Shown here piece by piece: positions 33,271 through 43,892 of a stretch of DNA of 64,000 nucleotides. The notes under the pieces were generated by a model, which was given only the letters and a program-made list of their open reading frames with translations, searched no databases and was not told where the DNA came from. The stretch comes from Candidatus Thorarchaeota archaeon (GTDB lineage: Archaea; Asgardarchaeota; Thorarchaeia; Thorarchaeales; Thorarchaeaceae). The translations under genes and the position numbers were made by a program. Position 1 is the stretch's first letter, and every line of letters begins with the position of its first letter. The DNA is taken from the NCBI GenBank assembly GCA_963726195.1, contig CAVSBO010000003.1, positions 608,001 through 672,000 on the forward strand, written 5' to 3'.

Positions 33271-36200
33271 CAGCCCTCTACTCCCTGCTTCTTTGAGAGG
33301 AAACGTGGCAGAATCTTGGCAGCCACAACCACGACACAAACCCCGACTACTACGATTACCACTATGGAATAGTCACTGAAGACAAGAACATGCGTGAAAA
33401 GCAGCTCAACCTTGCCAACGGATAGGCTGGTGGCGACTGCATACACTCCGTACTGCCCTCCTGGGAATCCCGATGCGACTACTTCAATCGAATACACTCC
33501 GTGGTTGCCCGATAAGGTGAAGTTCAGCCAAAGTCCCTGTTCCGAGCGGAAGGCAACTCGGACGCTGGATGCGAAGAGGTAACCTTCTAGGACAAGTTGA
33601 CCTGTAATCTTGCTAGTAATGAATGGCCCTACCCCGACAGAATCCTGGTCGAGCTTCATGCTAGTGAACGTCAATGTGGAAGAAACGCTCGAAGAGAGAA
33701 TAATCGGGGCCAAGGAGAGAGTCCAGCTTCCGTCGCTGACATTGAACATGAAACTTACAACATATGGTGAGGAGGTTTCATTGAGGCCAATGGTCACATT
33801 AAGCGAGGTGATACCCGGCACAAGAGCCGACTTGAGCGCGTTCAGATTCCCATCCACTGTAGCCCAACCTAGAACTATCGAGCTGATTCGCATCGTCCCT
33901 ATCGGAAACCTGTGCGTGAATCTTGTAAGATGTGTCGACTGCATTTGAAGAGACATCACTGACTAGCGGTCTCCACTGGTCCACGACGTTAGCATATGAG
34001 GTCATGTCCGCGTAGGCCAAACTCTGATTGTGGGTGCTGACTCGCATCCTGCCCGCGCAACGGAGGATCTGTCTGCTGAATCGTGACAAATGCTGTTCTC
34101 GTATCGTTCCAGAACTGTGCCGTTCGCGAAGAGACCAGATACTGCGTACCATTCCACTCGTAGACAGCTGCTAATGCTCCTGTCACATTCACGACTATGT
34201 CCGCACCGTTCGGTCCCGTACCAGAATTCATGTCTGTGTCCCATTGAACCATAAGTGTGTCTTGAGATGCAAACCTCGGCTCTCCTTTCAGTGCGACTGC
34301 CAGACTGATGCTCGCCGCCTGCTGATATAATGCAAGACTCAAGATGTCAAGGCCGCCGTAGAGGGTGAGATTCTGTGGACTTGTCGAAAGCTGTGCGATA
34401 CCTGCCCAATCAGATCTGTTAGACCCCGGTCCCAGCTTGATGCCCAACACTTCTCTGACAGACAGGACCGAATCACAGAGGCCGTAGCCCCAGTCGTTCA
34501 GTGGTGGTGAATTATGACTGGCGTAGCCACCAGCCCCTTCTAGCAGGGCCGTCAAGGCGGCCCAGCCTGTGTTTCCACCTGAAGCCTGTCCTATCAGAGC
34601 CAATAGTCCGGCGACATGCGGAGCCGCCATGCTGGTGCCGCTCTTCGTGGTCCACAAAAATGACAAGCTGTTGGAAGCGGCAATGATGGAGATTCCGGGA
34701 GCAGCAACATCAGGCTTGAGCACTCCGTCGATCCTCGGCCCTCGCCCCGAGGAAGAACTAATCGAGTGGCTGCCTTCATCATAGCAGCCCACGCAGACTC
34801 CATAATCAGCTGTTGCTGGTGAGCTTATTGTTCGTGTATTGTCCTGTTGACTAGTGAACCGCAGGCTTGAACCGAACCATGCGTTGTCCCACGAATAGGC
34901 ATCAACCAAGACAGCCTGCCCAGAGGGATTGACCACGTTAACCTGCCAGAGACCTGACGTCCAGTTATGCGCGCTCGTAGCAATCTGCACAATCAGTCTG
35001 TTGGTGCCGCGAATGCTTGTGTCAGCAAAAACGTAGGCGTTGAGCTGAGGCTTGCTCACCGAGAAACTCGATCCAGAAATACTAGCGAAGGGGCCGAAGT
35101 CGATTGCACTTCCCGTAGGTGGAACCAGCACGACGTGCTCATCTGAGTCATTACTATGCCAGAGCACATTGAGGAACGAATATAGAGGAGGTGAGGAGAC
35201 CGATAGAGTGGCACCGTTCGTGCCGCCAGAGCTGACTTGAAAGCTTGCGTGTTTGGAAGTCCCCCCAAGGTTACCAGCCGCTATCGTTGATACGGTATGA
35301 TTCTTCAGAAAAGCATCACTGATAGCGAGGTCCTCGAGGTCTGTGCCATCTAGGAACCCGAGAAAGCTGCTGAAACTCATGTTGATGATTTCGGCGCCAT
35401 TCGTAATTGCAAAGTAGATGCCCTCTAGAATGTCACTTGACTCGAGCGGGCTCTTGATGACTATTAAATCAGCACTAGGCGCCACGCCAACCATCGAAGT
35501 GAGCCCGATTTGTCCGCCTGCGATTATTGATGCGACGTGAGTGCCGTGGCCATCCGAGTCACCCACACCAAGTGCACCCGTGGTGAGGTTGACGCCACGT
35601 ACATAAACGCGGTTGTACTGCTGATCGAATAGCATAGATACTTTGGGCTCGCCCAAAACGACGACCTTCTCGTCTGGCAGAGTGATATAGCCGTCGCCAT
35701 TTGAATCGATACCGCCGAGCCACCTGTCGCCGGCGCTGTAATCAAAGAAATCATTCTGGTTGACATCGATGTACATGTATTCATCAGCGATACTCACATG
35801 ACTCACATTTGTGCCTATGCTCGCGATGGGTCCCTCTCCTGAATCCATGTTGGAGTCGTTGTCGATATCAACGTAGTACTTGCCGGCTGAACTTCGAACA
35901 GTGAATGGCCCGCTGGATTGTCTCCAAAATGATGGGTGCAGCCAATTGACACCTGTGTCAATCAATGCGACTGTCATGCTTTTCCCGGTGATGGCGTTCC
36001 CATCCTTGCTCATGTTGTTCCAGACAGTAGGTGCGCCAATTGCCGCCACGGACGATTGGAGCGACGGGAAGAACTGCCTGTTGCCGGATGTGGCACTTCT
36101 GAGTCCGATACCAGCCAGAGAATTCAGCGACGCAAGACTAGGCACCAGCGCTGAGTACACATTCCCGACGTGAACTACTGAGCCGAACAACTTCGTAAAC

Positions 36201-36454
36201 TGAACACCGATTTCTTGTGCACTCTCAATATCGGAAGAAGACAACACCTTGTCGAACTGCAGGAGCGCCCTACAGGCAGCTGCGCTTGAACTCAACCCGA
36301 ACGAGGACTTGGACTCAAGGTCCATCTTTAGCATGGAGTCGACGGCGATTTGGGACCCTTGAGGACTACTCACTTGCTCTTTCTGCATGGCCAAGGGGGT
36401 TGGAATCAACAAGGAAACCAAGAGGACCATGACAACCAAGTATCGGGTGTACAT
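33270..36454 (-). CDS. Membrane-anchored S8 protease with Dx[DN]xDG-loop insert; frameshifts near 33950-34050
   Basis: Signal peptide; ALIDTG, GHGTHVAS, AAGNLG and SGTSMAAPHVAG; C-terminal TM in ORF 33270-33959. Confidence 0.88.
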
Positions 36455-36580
36455 CGTCTTACCTCGGGGATGGTCATTGTGTGCGTCGAACCTTGTTTAT
36501 TCTTTTGCCTTTGGTGAGCACCGACACTAGTAGTCGCATTTACCGGTAGCTGCCACAGACTGCTTCAGAATCCTCAACCA

Positions 36581-38390
36581 TCACTCCTTTGCGTCTAACT
36601 GCACATCTCTGAAGACGACCTCTGGCCCGATAGTGCCAAGGAACAGCTCAACACGAAAACCGAAGGACTTCAAGAGACTACGCGCTAGGTACTGACTGCA
36701 TCCAAGTCATGCACTCAGGATCCTCTGGGAACGCATCCTCTTCGCGTACCAGTCCCCGGGGAGAGCGAATGCCCGTTATGGGATATAGTGCTAATCCATG
36801 ATTCAGAGCGGCCTCAGCTGCTCTCCGTCCCCAGCTTCCTGGTGCAGATACGACAGCGCAGGCAATTTGCTCGCTTGCCAGTATTGTTGCTTCAAGACAG
36901 CTATCACGAGCTGACGTCACGCAGAGCGTCTGACTCGCCGAGCAGTACCAAATCCGGCCTTATGCCCAAATGGTTGAAATCTGGTAGGAGTAGCACATTC
37001 CCAGACTGCACCAATGACACCATCCGATGCATCGAACCTGTGAGACTATTCGCCAACACCTTTAGTTTGCCTTCCATCAGTCGTTCAAGAACGGCTTCCT
37101 CCCCAGAGTCGAGAACTTGCTTGCTTGAACTCAAGTCTAGACTCGTAGGTGACAGGCGTCTCTGACTTGATGCCTATGGATTCCAGCGCCCAATGCAAGA
37201 GATCTCGACCCTGCGATAGCACGCCACCTGGCTTGGGCACTATGTCTTCGATGTTCAAGGAGTATTCTAGTGAAGTTAGAGGCGACGAGGTATCCTCAGT
37301 GACTGCGAGATACTTGGGTTTGAGTCCATTAAGGTAGCTGACAGTTAACCATGAGCTATCAGAATCAATAGGTCCTTCCCCGAGAACTAGAGAAAGCACC
37401 TTCCCTGTCGGGAGAGTGTTGCAGACTGCGCGAGGAGCTGAGGTGAGCTGATTCAAGCAGATGTCTCCTTTCGTGTAGCTTTCTCGGATTGGTTAGACTC
37501 TCGCAGAACCCTCGTATTGAGTGATAGTCGTCGGTTCCAAGTGGCACTTCGTAACCATCATGGATCACTCTTAGAGCAGCAGTGCATCTGTCAATCGGAA
37601 GGTCGATTGGAAAGCTCTCGAGCAGAGACAGGACTCGCTGAAAGCCTCTATCTCCATAGCACTCCGAGTGTTTGACGAAATGGTTGACAATCGGGCGAAT
37701 GTTTGCGTCTGGGGTGTTTTTTCTCCACGTATCAAGCCATTGCTCTTTCAAAGGGCTCTTCAGAAGTGAATGGGCGATCCCATTCGCTGCACATTGACCA
37801 AGCACCTGACCCGCGCGGTCTGTGCTCAGAAGCAGAAGGAAGCCTGCACGTAATACTGCACCTTCGGCCCAACTCGCGCTCGCCACAGACTCCTCGAAAA
37901 GAAGAGTACCGTCCTTCTCAATTTGCATTCCAAAAATCGGAGTACCTTGTCCGAGTTTCTCTTTGGTCACAAATATGTTGGGAAACTTGGGTTCGGGCCG
38001 TCCAAGTGCTCTTGCAATCTTTCGCATGGCTCGTGACAGTGCAGACCTGAATTCCTCCGTGGCCTCCATTCTGAGTTCCTCAACGGTGGGTTCTCTAGGT
38101 TTCTCGAACTTTGCTAGAAGTCGGGCCGCATTTCTGATCATGTCATATGTGGAGTTTTCGACGTTCTCAGCTCCTAGCATGACGCCAGCAACACTGAAGA
38201 AGTACAGCCTGACACGGTCCTGATTAACAACTGCGACCAAGAACATTATTCCACGAAGCTGTTTGAAGTACTTCCTTAGAGCTGATTCCTTTACACGGAG
38301 CACGTCGACTGACAAAGCACCAGCTTCTAGGAACTGCCTCTCTCCAAAGGCGGCGATTTCCTTTGGTACCTCTCTGGGAATTCGGGACAT
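36581..38390 (-). CDS. Hypothetical protein with C-terminal Lrp/AsnC-like region; several frameshifts
   Basis: Chain of overlapping ORFs 37365-38390, 37085-37456, 36904-37134 and 36678-36920, with a last frame ending in TGA at 36581. Confidence 0.5.
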
Positions 38391-38525
38391 TCAGGTATCC
38401 TCTCAAGTAATCGAGACTCATTTGCACTGCGGTCGTATGCTTAATCTAACGTTGTCCAGCGCAGCCGCCTTAATTCATTTTGGTCAGTCAGCGTCATGAG
38501 TCACGTTTTGCCAGTGACGGCCAAC

Positions 38526-38566
38526 AGGAAAACGAGGAGGGCGGCCCGAATGATTACTCAGGCCGC
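38526..38566 (-). terminator. Possible hairpin terminator
   Basis: GCGGCC...GGCCGC stem (38541-38566), followed on the minus strand by CCTCCTCGTTTTCCT, just after the 38589 gene. Confidence 0.4.
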
Positions 38567-38588
38567 AAGGCAGAACATCAAAGCATGA

Positions 38589-39074
38589 TCATACATTGGT
38601 AGCAGCTGCTACCTGTGCCATCTCGGTCTCGTACATGGGCAGTAGAATATCACGAGTCGGTGGTGTGTTCATGACGATGTCCAAGACTTCTGAGTTCCTC
38701 ATGAGAATACAGCCTAGGAATGAGTAGTCAAACTTGTCAAGACGGATGTTGACACCTCTCCGGGGGACTTGGGTCAGCAGAAGAACAATGCTGAAGTCAC
38801 CCCTAGGTAGTTGATTCAAAATGCCTCGTTTCATGTCGGGCTCTAGTTGTCCCTCAAGCTGACGGGTCATCGAGCCACGCTCTATGAAATTGTAGCGGAT
38901 TCTCTCAAAATCGCCGCTGGAGCTCTTCTTTGGTCTGATGAATGAGATTGAATATCCCAGTCGCTTCAATGAATTATAGCCAATTAGTGTTCTGTACAAA
39001 GGCGGACTTACCGGTTCAAGTTCCACCTTCCTGAGTTCAACGACGTCTTCGTTTCTCTTGACTTTGAGGTTCAA
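38589..39074 (-). CDS. Hypothetical protein
   Basis: 161-aa ORF occupying otherwise empty space. Confidence 0.6.
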   Translation of the reverse strand: MNLKVKRNEDVVELRKVELEPVSPPLYRTLIGYNSLKRLGYSISFIRPKKSSSGDFERIRYNFIERGSMTRQLEGQLEPDMKRGILNQLPRGDFSIVLLLTQVPRRGVNIRLDKFDYSFLGCILMRNSEVLDIVMNTPPTRDILLPMYETEMAQVAAATNV

Positions 39075-39195
39075 TGAATCACGTTCCCTTGCGGTCTTGG
39101 TCCCTTTGCCAAACCATGTCTGGCCGCAAATAAAACGTTATGAGTAAACAATCCGCCATATGTAATACTAGCTAAACACTCCGCGAAAGAGAATG

Positions 39196-39699
39196 CTACT
39201 TGATTGCTCCTTCGAGTCTCAGCAGTTCGATTTTTCTTTTGACGTCTCTGCCATACCCACCAATGCCAGTGCTGGATACGACACGATGGCATGGGACGAG
39301 CGGACAGAAGCGGTTCGCAGCCATCACATTTCCCACGAATCGTGCTGCGCCTGGCAACCCAGCACGCACTGCAGACTCACCATAGCTCAGGGTCTCGCCC
39401 CGAGGAATCTGGAGAGCGGCCTCCAAGACATTGCGCTCCTTATGGGTGAGACCTGACATGTCGAGCTTTATGTCACTCGCATCTAAGTCGGGCGCACCTC
39501 TCGAAGCTGCGAAGACCTTCTCCAGAACTGCGAGATAATCCACCGAGTCCTCTCTTCTGAGGCCGGCTCCCCCTGCTGAGAGTATGGCCTCAGCCTCAGA
39601 ACCTCTGGAATCGCATGTTGAAAACAGACCTTCATTAGTGAACACGCCTGCCACGTGGTCTTTGCCCTTCGTAAGTACAGCCACGACCCTTTCGGGCAT
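39196..39699 (-). CDS. ogt: O6-methylguanine-DNA methyltransferase
   Basis: IPRGETLSYG, ARFVG and the active-site PCHRVV. Confidence 0.93.
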   Translation of the reverse strand: MPERVVAVLTKGKDHVAGVFTNEGLFSTCDSRGSEAEAILSAGGAGLRREDSVDYLAVLEKVFAASRGAPDLDASDIKLDMSGLTHKERNVLEAALQIPRGETLSYGESAVRAGLPGAARFVGNVMAANRFCPLVPCHRVVSSTGIGGYGRDVKRKIELLRLEGAIK

Positions 39700-39721
39700 G
39701 ATGAATCATCCACCGTGCTTC

Positions 39722-40609
39722 TCAAACCTGGCTGCACTTCATCACAGCAAAGACAAGCAGAGATGTAAGCTCAGGGTCGCTCTTCTTCATGCCCATCTGA
39801 CACCATCCACCGTCAGTGCTCTGCGCCGAAAGGATGAGTTCTATGCCCTTTCTTATGATGTTCCGCTCCAGCTCAGACTCCGGAATAGGAACACCAGCAA
39901 GGTCGACCATGTCTTGGGTAAGCTTCTGCTCCAGTGATGACTTGAGATGCTGCATTAGGGCCGCTCTGCCATCCTTGTAGATCTTATTCTGCGAAGTGAT
40001 GCCAATTGCTGCTAATGCTGGCAGGATGTTGCCAGTCCCTAGGGGATCCGATTCGTTATGGCCCTTGAAATCCGGCCAGTGTCCATCCTCGTTTTGCAGC
40101 CCCATCAAGTAGTCCCGTGCTTTCTTCAGACGGGACTGATCCTCAAATCCAACATTGCACAGGGCCTCAAGCGCCTTGCCCGTGAGCCACGTGATGCTCT
40201 TCCCTACGGGGTACCAGTCTCTCCCGCCGGTCCCGCCAAACTTCGTCTCAATGAGAGGGTCGAGATTCAGTGCTTCAGCAAAACCGCCATCCCTCTTCTG
40301 CCGGGACACGAGAAAGTGTGACATCTTCTCAACTAGGCTTGCGTGGGTGCTTACGAATGGCTTCAACAGCATCAAGACCTCAGCGGTTTCTTTCACTGAG
40401 CTAGGGTTTCCCTGTCTCAAGTTGAAGGGCAAGCCACCATCTCTGTTGAGGAGATTTGCTAACTGAGAGAGCACCTTTTCCAGCTCAGGTCTCGGCATGC
40501 TATAACCCGATGACGCAAGTCTCAGCTTGTCTGCAACGTTTCCATTCGCCATCAAGTAGCTCTGCGTGTCGTACGGGAATTCGATTGTTTGTCTGCCTTG
40601 CTTGGACAC
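39722..40609 (-). CDS. Prenyltransferase/squalene-oxidase repeat protein (alpha/alpha barrel)
   Basis: Repeats FLVSRQKRDGGF, YLMGLQNEDGHW and LILSAQSTDGGW. Confidence 0.8.
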   Translation of the reverse strand: MSKQGRQTIEFPYDTQSYLMANGNVADKLRLASSGYSMPRPELEKVLSQLANLLNRDGGLPFNLRQGNPSSVKETAEVLMLLKPFVSTHASLVEKMSHFLVSRQKRDGGFAEALNLDPLIETKFGGTGGRDWYPVGKSITWLTGKALEALCNVGFEDQSRLKKARDYLMGLQNEDGHWPDFKGHNESDPLGTGNILPALAAIGITSQNKIYKDGRAALMQHLKSSLEQKLTQDMVDLAGVPIPESELERNIIRKGIELILSAQSTDGGWCQMGMKKSDPELTSLLVFAVMKCSQV

Positions 40610-40731
40610 CTCTATTCCTCCGTGTCATCCGTGGTCAGAACTAGGGCTGCTGTTCCAGAACAAGATAGGAACCTCTTCTGCCCTTTCGCACTATGAGGTA
40701 TAGGCGAGGGCAAATTAAAACCTGTTGGACC

Positions 40732-41013
40732 CTACCCTTCTGGTTCCCCTTCATCCTCGTAGAACTCGAGAACCTCTTTGTTGCGTTCTCGCCTCTCGTC
40801 ATCGGTGAGTTCTTCTTCTCCGCTCTGCGCTTCCTTGTCCACGACAACTATCTTCTCGCCAGGAGTGTGACTTACTCTGTAGTCGACGTGATACTCGGTA
40901 GGCGCTCGCTTGACGACTTTCTCCCAGCCGCATTCCCGGCACTTGAGCACAGTCTTCTTTTTCTCACCTTTCTTTGGGAGCATGAGAGCTCCGCACTTCT
41001 CACAGAACTCCAA
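40732..41013 (-). CDS. TFS/Rpb9-like zinc-ribbon protein (N-terminal ribbon only)
   Basis: MEFCEKCGALMLP...LKCRECG and a 'HTPGEKIVVVD' linker, then an acidic tail. Confidence 0.8.
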   Translation of the reverse strand: MEFCEKCGALMLPKKGEKKKTVLKCRECGWEKVVKRAPTEYHVDYRVSHTPGEKIVVVDKEAQSGEEELTDDERRERNKEVLEFYEDEGEPEG

Positions 41014-41208
41014 TGATCTCGTTCTCCCCGGCTATATTGGTCCCCCCGCACGCGCAACCTGCTGATTTAACGTTTACGGCCAGTACCCGGAAAGAAGAAC
41101 CATAGGACAACGGAGAGGTTCAATCTACCGCCCTTGTCGACACAGGAGGGGTTGGCAAGACCCTTCCATATCGAAAACAGTACGCAACTAGCCGTAGAAT
41201 GGGCAAAG

Positions 41209-41480
41209 TTGAGGGAAAAGGGAAGGACATGATTCTTCTAAGTGCACACAGATTCGGCAATCTTGAGCCAGAGAACCGCATGGTAATGGCCCATTGAGCA
41301 GAAGTTTTCCAACTGCTGTGCTTAGAGAGCATCTGCAGGTCTGATTATCACTGAAGATTCACGTGTGAGCTTCCAAGGCGCCGGCTACAATCGAACTCCG
41401 GGAATCTACTCCTCTCATCAGGCTCAAGGCTGGAGAAAGGTGACCGGTGCAATTCACAACTCCGGCGGTGGAGTCTTCCG
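41209..41480 (+). pseudogene. Degenerate partial copy of the 5' end of an OYE/nemA-type gene
   Basis: Translates to RFGNLEPENRMVMAH* and RASAGLIITEDSRVSFQGAGYNRTPGIYS...GWRKVT, matching the N-terminus of 42473..43546. Start lost, internal stop/deletion, truncated. Confidence 0.8.
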
Positions 41481-41564
41481 GCAAACCCAAACATGTATTC
41501 ACGATTTCTCAGACATTCACAGGTTTCTCTTACTCACTCTACACTCAAACACTCAGAGAGGCGC

Positions 41565-41960
41565 TCACAAAATGGGAAGTAACAAAACGATTTCGCGTTG
41601 ACTCTTGTAGAATTCGACCTCTGGCCGCGAACGATCCACTCTACATTCTTTTGCCATCGCTTCAAAAGTCTCAGCTATGACTTCCACCCTAGTTCGGTAG
41701 TATGCAACTTTTTCGCGGACGTATTTCCCTCCTGGAATCGTCCACGTTGGAAGTTCGAAAGTTTCGGCTTCTTCTTCATCAATAGTAGCCACACAGGCAC
41801 GATAAACGTTATCGCTATAGACGCCATAGAATCTACGCCCTTTAAGACTTGGAAGCTTCGACTCGAGCTCGGACCATGCTTCGCCAACTCCAGAAAGGCC
41901 TCCTTCCGCCTTGACCCACATCACTCGAATGGGATCTATTGTCACTTCCATTCTTGTCAT
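41565..41960 (-). CDS. GyrI-like small-molecule binding protein
   Basis: EAWSELES, FYGVY, YRACV, TIPGGKY and RPEVEFY pattern. Confidence 0.75.
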   Translation of the reverse strand: MTRMEVTIDPIRVMWVKAEGGLSGVGEAWSELESKLPSLKGRRFYGVYSDNVYRACVATIDEEEAETFELPTWTIPGGKYVREKVAYYRTRVEVIAETFEAMAKECRVDRSRPEVEFYKSQREIVLLLPIL

Positions 41961-42094
41961 TGCAGCACACTTCACGACGACTATGATCAGTGGCAAAGAT
42001 AATGGTTTCCAGAGCTATCGGTGATATTTCCCACCAAATAGCAGGTTTATCTGCTCAGAAGCGAAACACCGGACTTCAGAGTAAGGCGTTCACA

Positions 42095-42391
42095 ATGATT
42101 GACTACGGGAAAGTGATGAGATTCCTTAAGGCCCTCGCTAACCAATCACGACTCGAAATCCTAGAGTGCATACCGAATGGAGTCGCAAACCCTGGCGAAA
42201 TCGCCAAGAAACTTGATCGCCACAGGTCGACCATCGAGAAGCATTTGGGAGTGCTTCTGAAAGCAGGAATTGTCGAAAAAGCTCCTTCACTAACAAAGGG
42301 GGGTCAGCTTTCTATTCGCTACAAAGTATGCGATAATGCAACAGAGCTTTTGAAAACGATTCTAGACTCAACTGAGAGAATCTGTACATAA
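42095..42391 (+). CDS. ArsR/SmtB-family transcriptional regulator
   Basis: KALANQSRLEIL...EIAKKLDRHRSTIEKHLGVLLKAGIV. Confidence 0.85.
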   Translation: MIDYGKVMRFLKALANQSRLEILECIPNGVANPGEIAKKLDRHRSTIEKHLGVLLKAGIVEKAPSLTKGGQLSIRYKVCDNATELLKTILDSTERICT

Positions 42392-42472
42392 TTGAATGGA
42401 GTTCACAAGAACGCATACATCGAAAGCACTAAGTAACTCGCCATGAGAGGGGCTAGATTGAGGTAAAAGGAA

Positions 42473-43546
42473 ATGGACGTGGCTGTTCTAACCCCTTATA
42501 GGTTCGGTTACCTTGAGCTGCGGAATCGCATGGTGATGGCTCCCATGACCCGTAGTCGTGCGGTCGAGGGCAACATCCCGCACCCGGCGGCACCCACGTA
42601 CTATAGCCAAAGGGCTTCTGCAGGCCTCATCATTACAGAAGGTTCACAGGTGAGCCCTCAGGGAGTGGGCTATATTCGTACTCCGGGAATCTACTCGCCC
42701 CAGCAGGTTGCAGGCTGGAAAAAAGTGACCGACGCTGTTCACAAAGCAAGCGGGAGAATCTTTCTTCAGCTGTGGCATGTAGGAAGAGCCTCCCATCCCG
42801 ATTTTCACAATGGCGAATTACCTGTTGCACCCTCTGCACTTCCCGTTGAGGGCGAGGTCTTCACCTCACAAGGCAGAAAGAAAATCTCCATTCCAAGGGC
42901 GTTAGAACTGAGCGAAATACCAGGCGTTATCGAGCAATTCCGAAAGGGAGCCGAGAACGCAAAGAAGGCGGGCTTCGACGGTGTGGAACTCCACGGTGCC
43001 AACGGATATCTGCTGGATCAATTCCTCAAAGATGGCTCCAACCAGCGAACCGACAAGTATGGTGGCAGCGTAGAGAATCGCGCACGCTTCCCGCTTGAAG
43101 TCACAGAGGCTGTGATTGGAGTGTGGGGTCCCGAGAGAGTGGGATGCAAGATAGCTCCTCATTTCAGCGCACTTTCGATGTCAGATACGAATCCGCGAAA
43201 CACGTTCTCTTACTTTGCGAAGGAGCTGAGTAAGATTAAGCTCGGTTATCTTCACTTAGTGGAATTTGCCGCTGGCCCGTTTGCCCCGGCACTTGATGCG
43301 CGGCTTGCTCCAGTCATTCGTCAGGCATTCAAGGGGACTCTCATCTTGAACGGAGCATATGGCGCAGAAAGTGCAAACGAAGCAATCGAGAAAGGCTGCG
43401 CGAACCTGATTTCGTTCGGATCTCTGTTCTTGGCCAATCCTGATTTGCCCGAACGATTCAGAAGGGGTGCTCCGCTGAATACGCCGAATCGTGCGACCTT
43501 CTACGAAGGCGAAGAGAAAGGATACATCGATTATCCGTCACTGTAA
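42473..43546 (+). CDS. nemA: Old yellow enzyme / alkene reductase
   Basis: NRMVMAPMTRSRA, QLWHVGR, ELHGANGYLLDQF, NQRTDKYGGS and GYIDYP. Confidence 0.95.
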   Translation: MDVAVLTPYRFGYLELRNRMVMAPMTRSRAVEGNIPHPAAPTYYSQRASAGLIITEGSQVSPQGVGYIRTPGIYSPQQVAGWKKVTDAVHKASGRIFLQLWHVGRASHPDFHNGELPVAPSALPVEGEVFTSQGRKKISIPRALELSEIPGVIEQFRKGAENAKKAGFDGVELHGANGYLLDQFLKDGSNQRTDKYGGSVENRARFPLEVTEAVIGVWGPERVGCKIAPHFSALSMSDTNPRNTFSYFAKELSKIKLGYLHLVEFAAGPFAPALDARLAPVIRQAFKGTLILNGAYGAESANEAIEKGCANLISFGSLFLANPDLPERFRRGAPLNTPNRATFYEGEEKGYIDYPSL

Positions 43547-43892
43547 ATAGTGCAGAACTGGATGTGCATTCGTTGGGCTTTCGGGAGTCTCTCAGCTCAG
43601 CTGCCCTGGTGCGACTTATCTCTCGAATAGCCAGCAAGACGCCAGATGTACTCCCTGAGTGGCTCCGTTATTGCTCGGGGCTTGATGAGTTCGCCAGCAC
43701 TCGTCATCCTGAGCCCGAATCCGAGACTGGACAGTATATCTGAGCGTGAACTCCACTTGATTCCTGCCTTCCTTCGTCCGACCATCGCGGGTGCACCCAA
43801 TCGACCTTCTGTGGTGTTGCGAGCCAAAACCTACATATTGGTCATGGGCTCGTGCGTGCACGCCGCTCTAACTCAATCAAGGAGAGTCTGCT

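Noticed and set aside
43547-43892. Short ORFs between nemA and DUF1015
   Set aside because: No motifs or composition support; probably non-coding.
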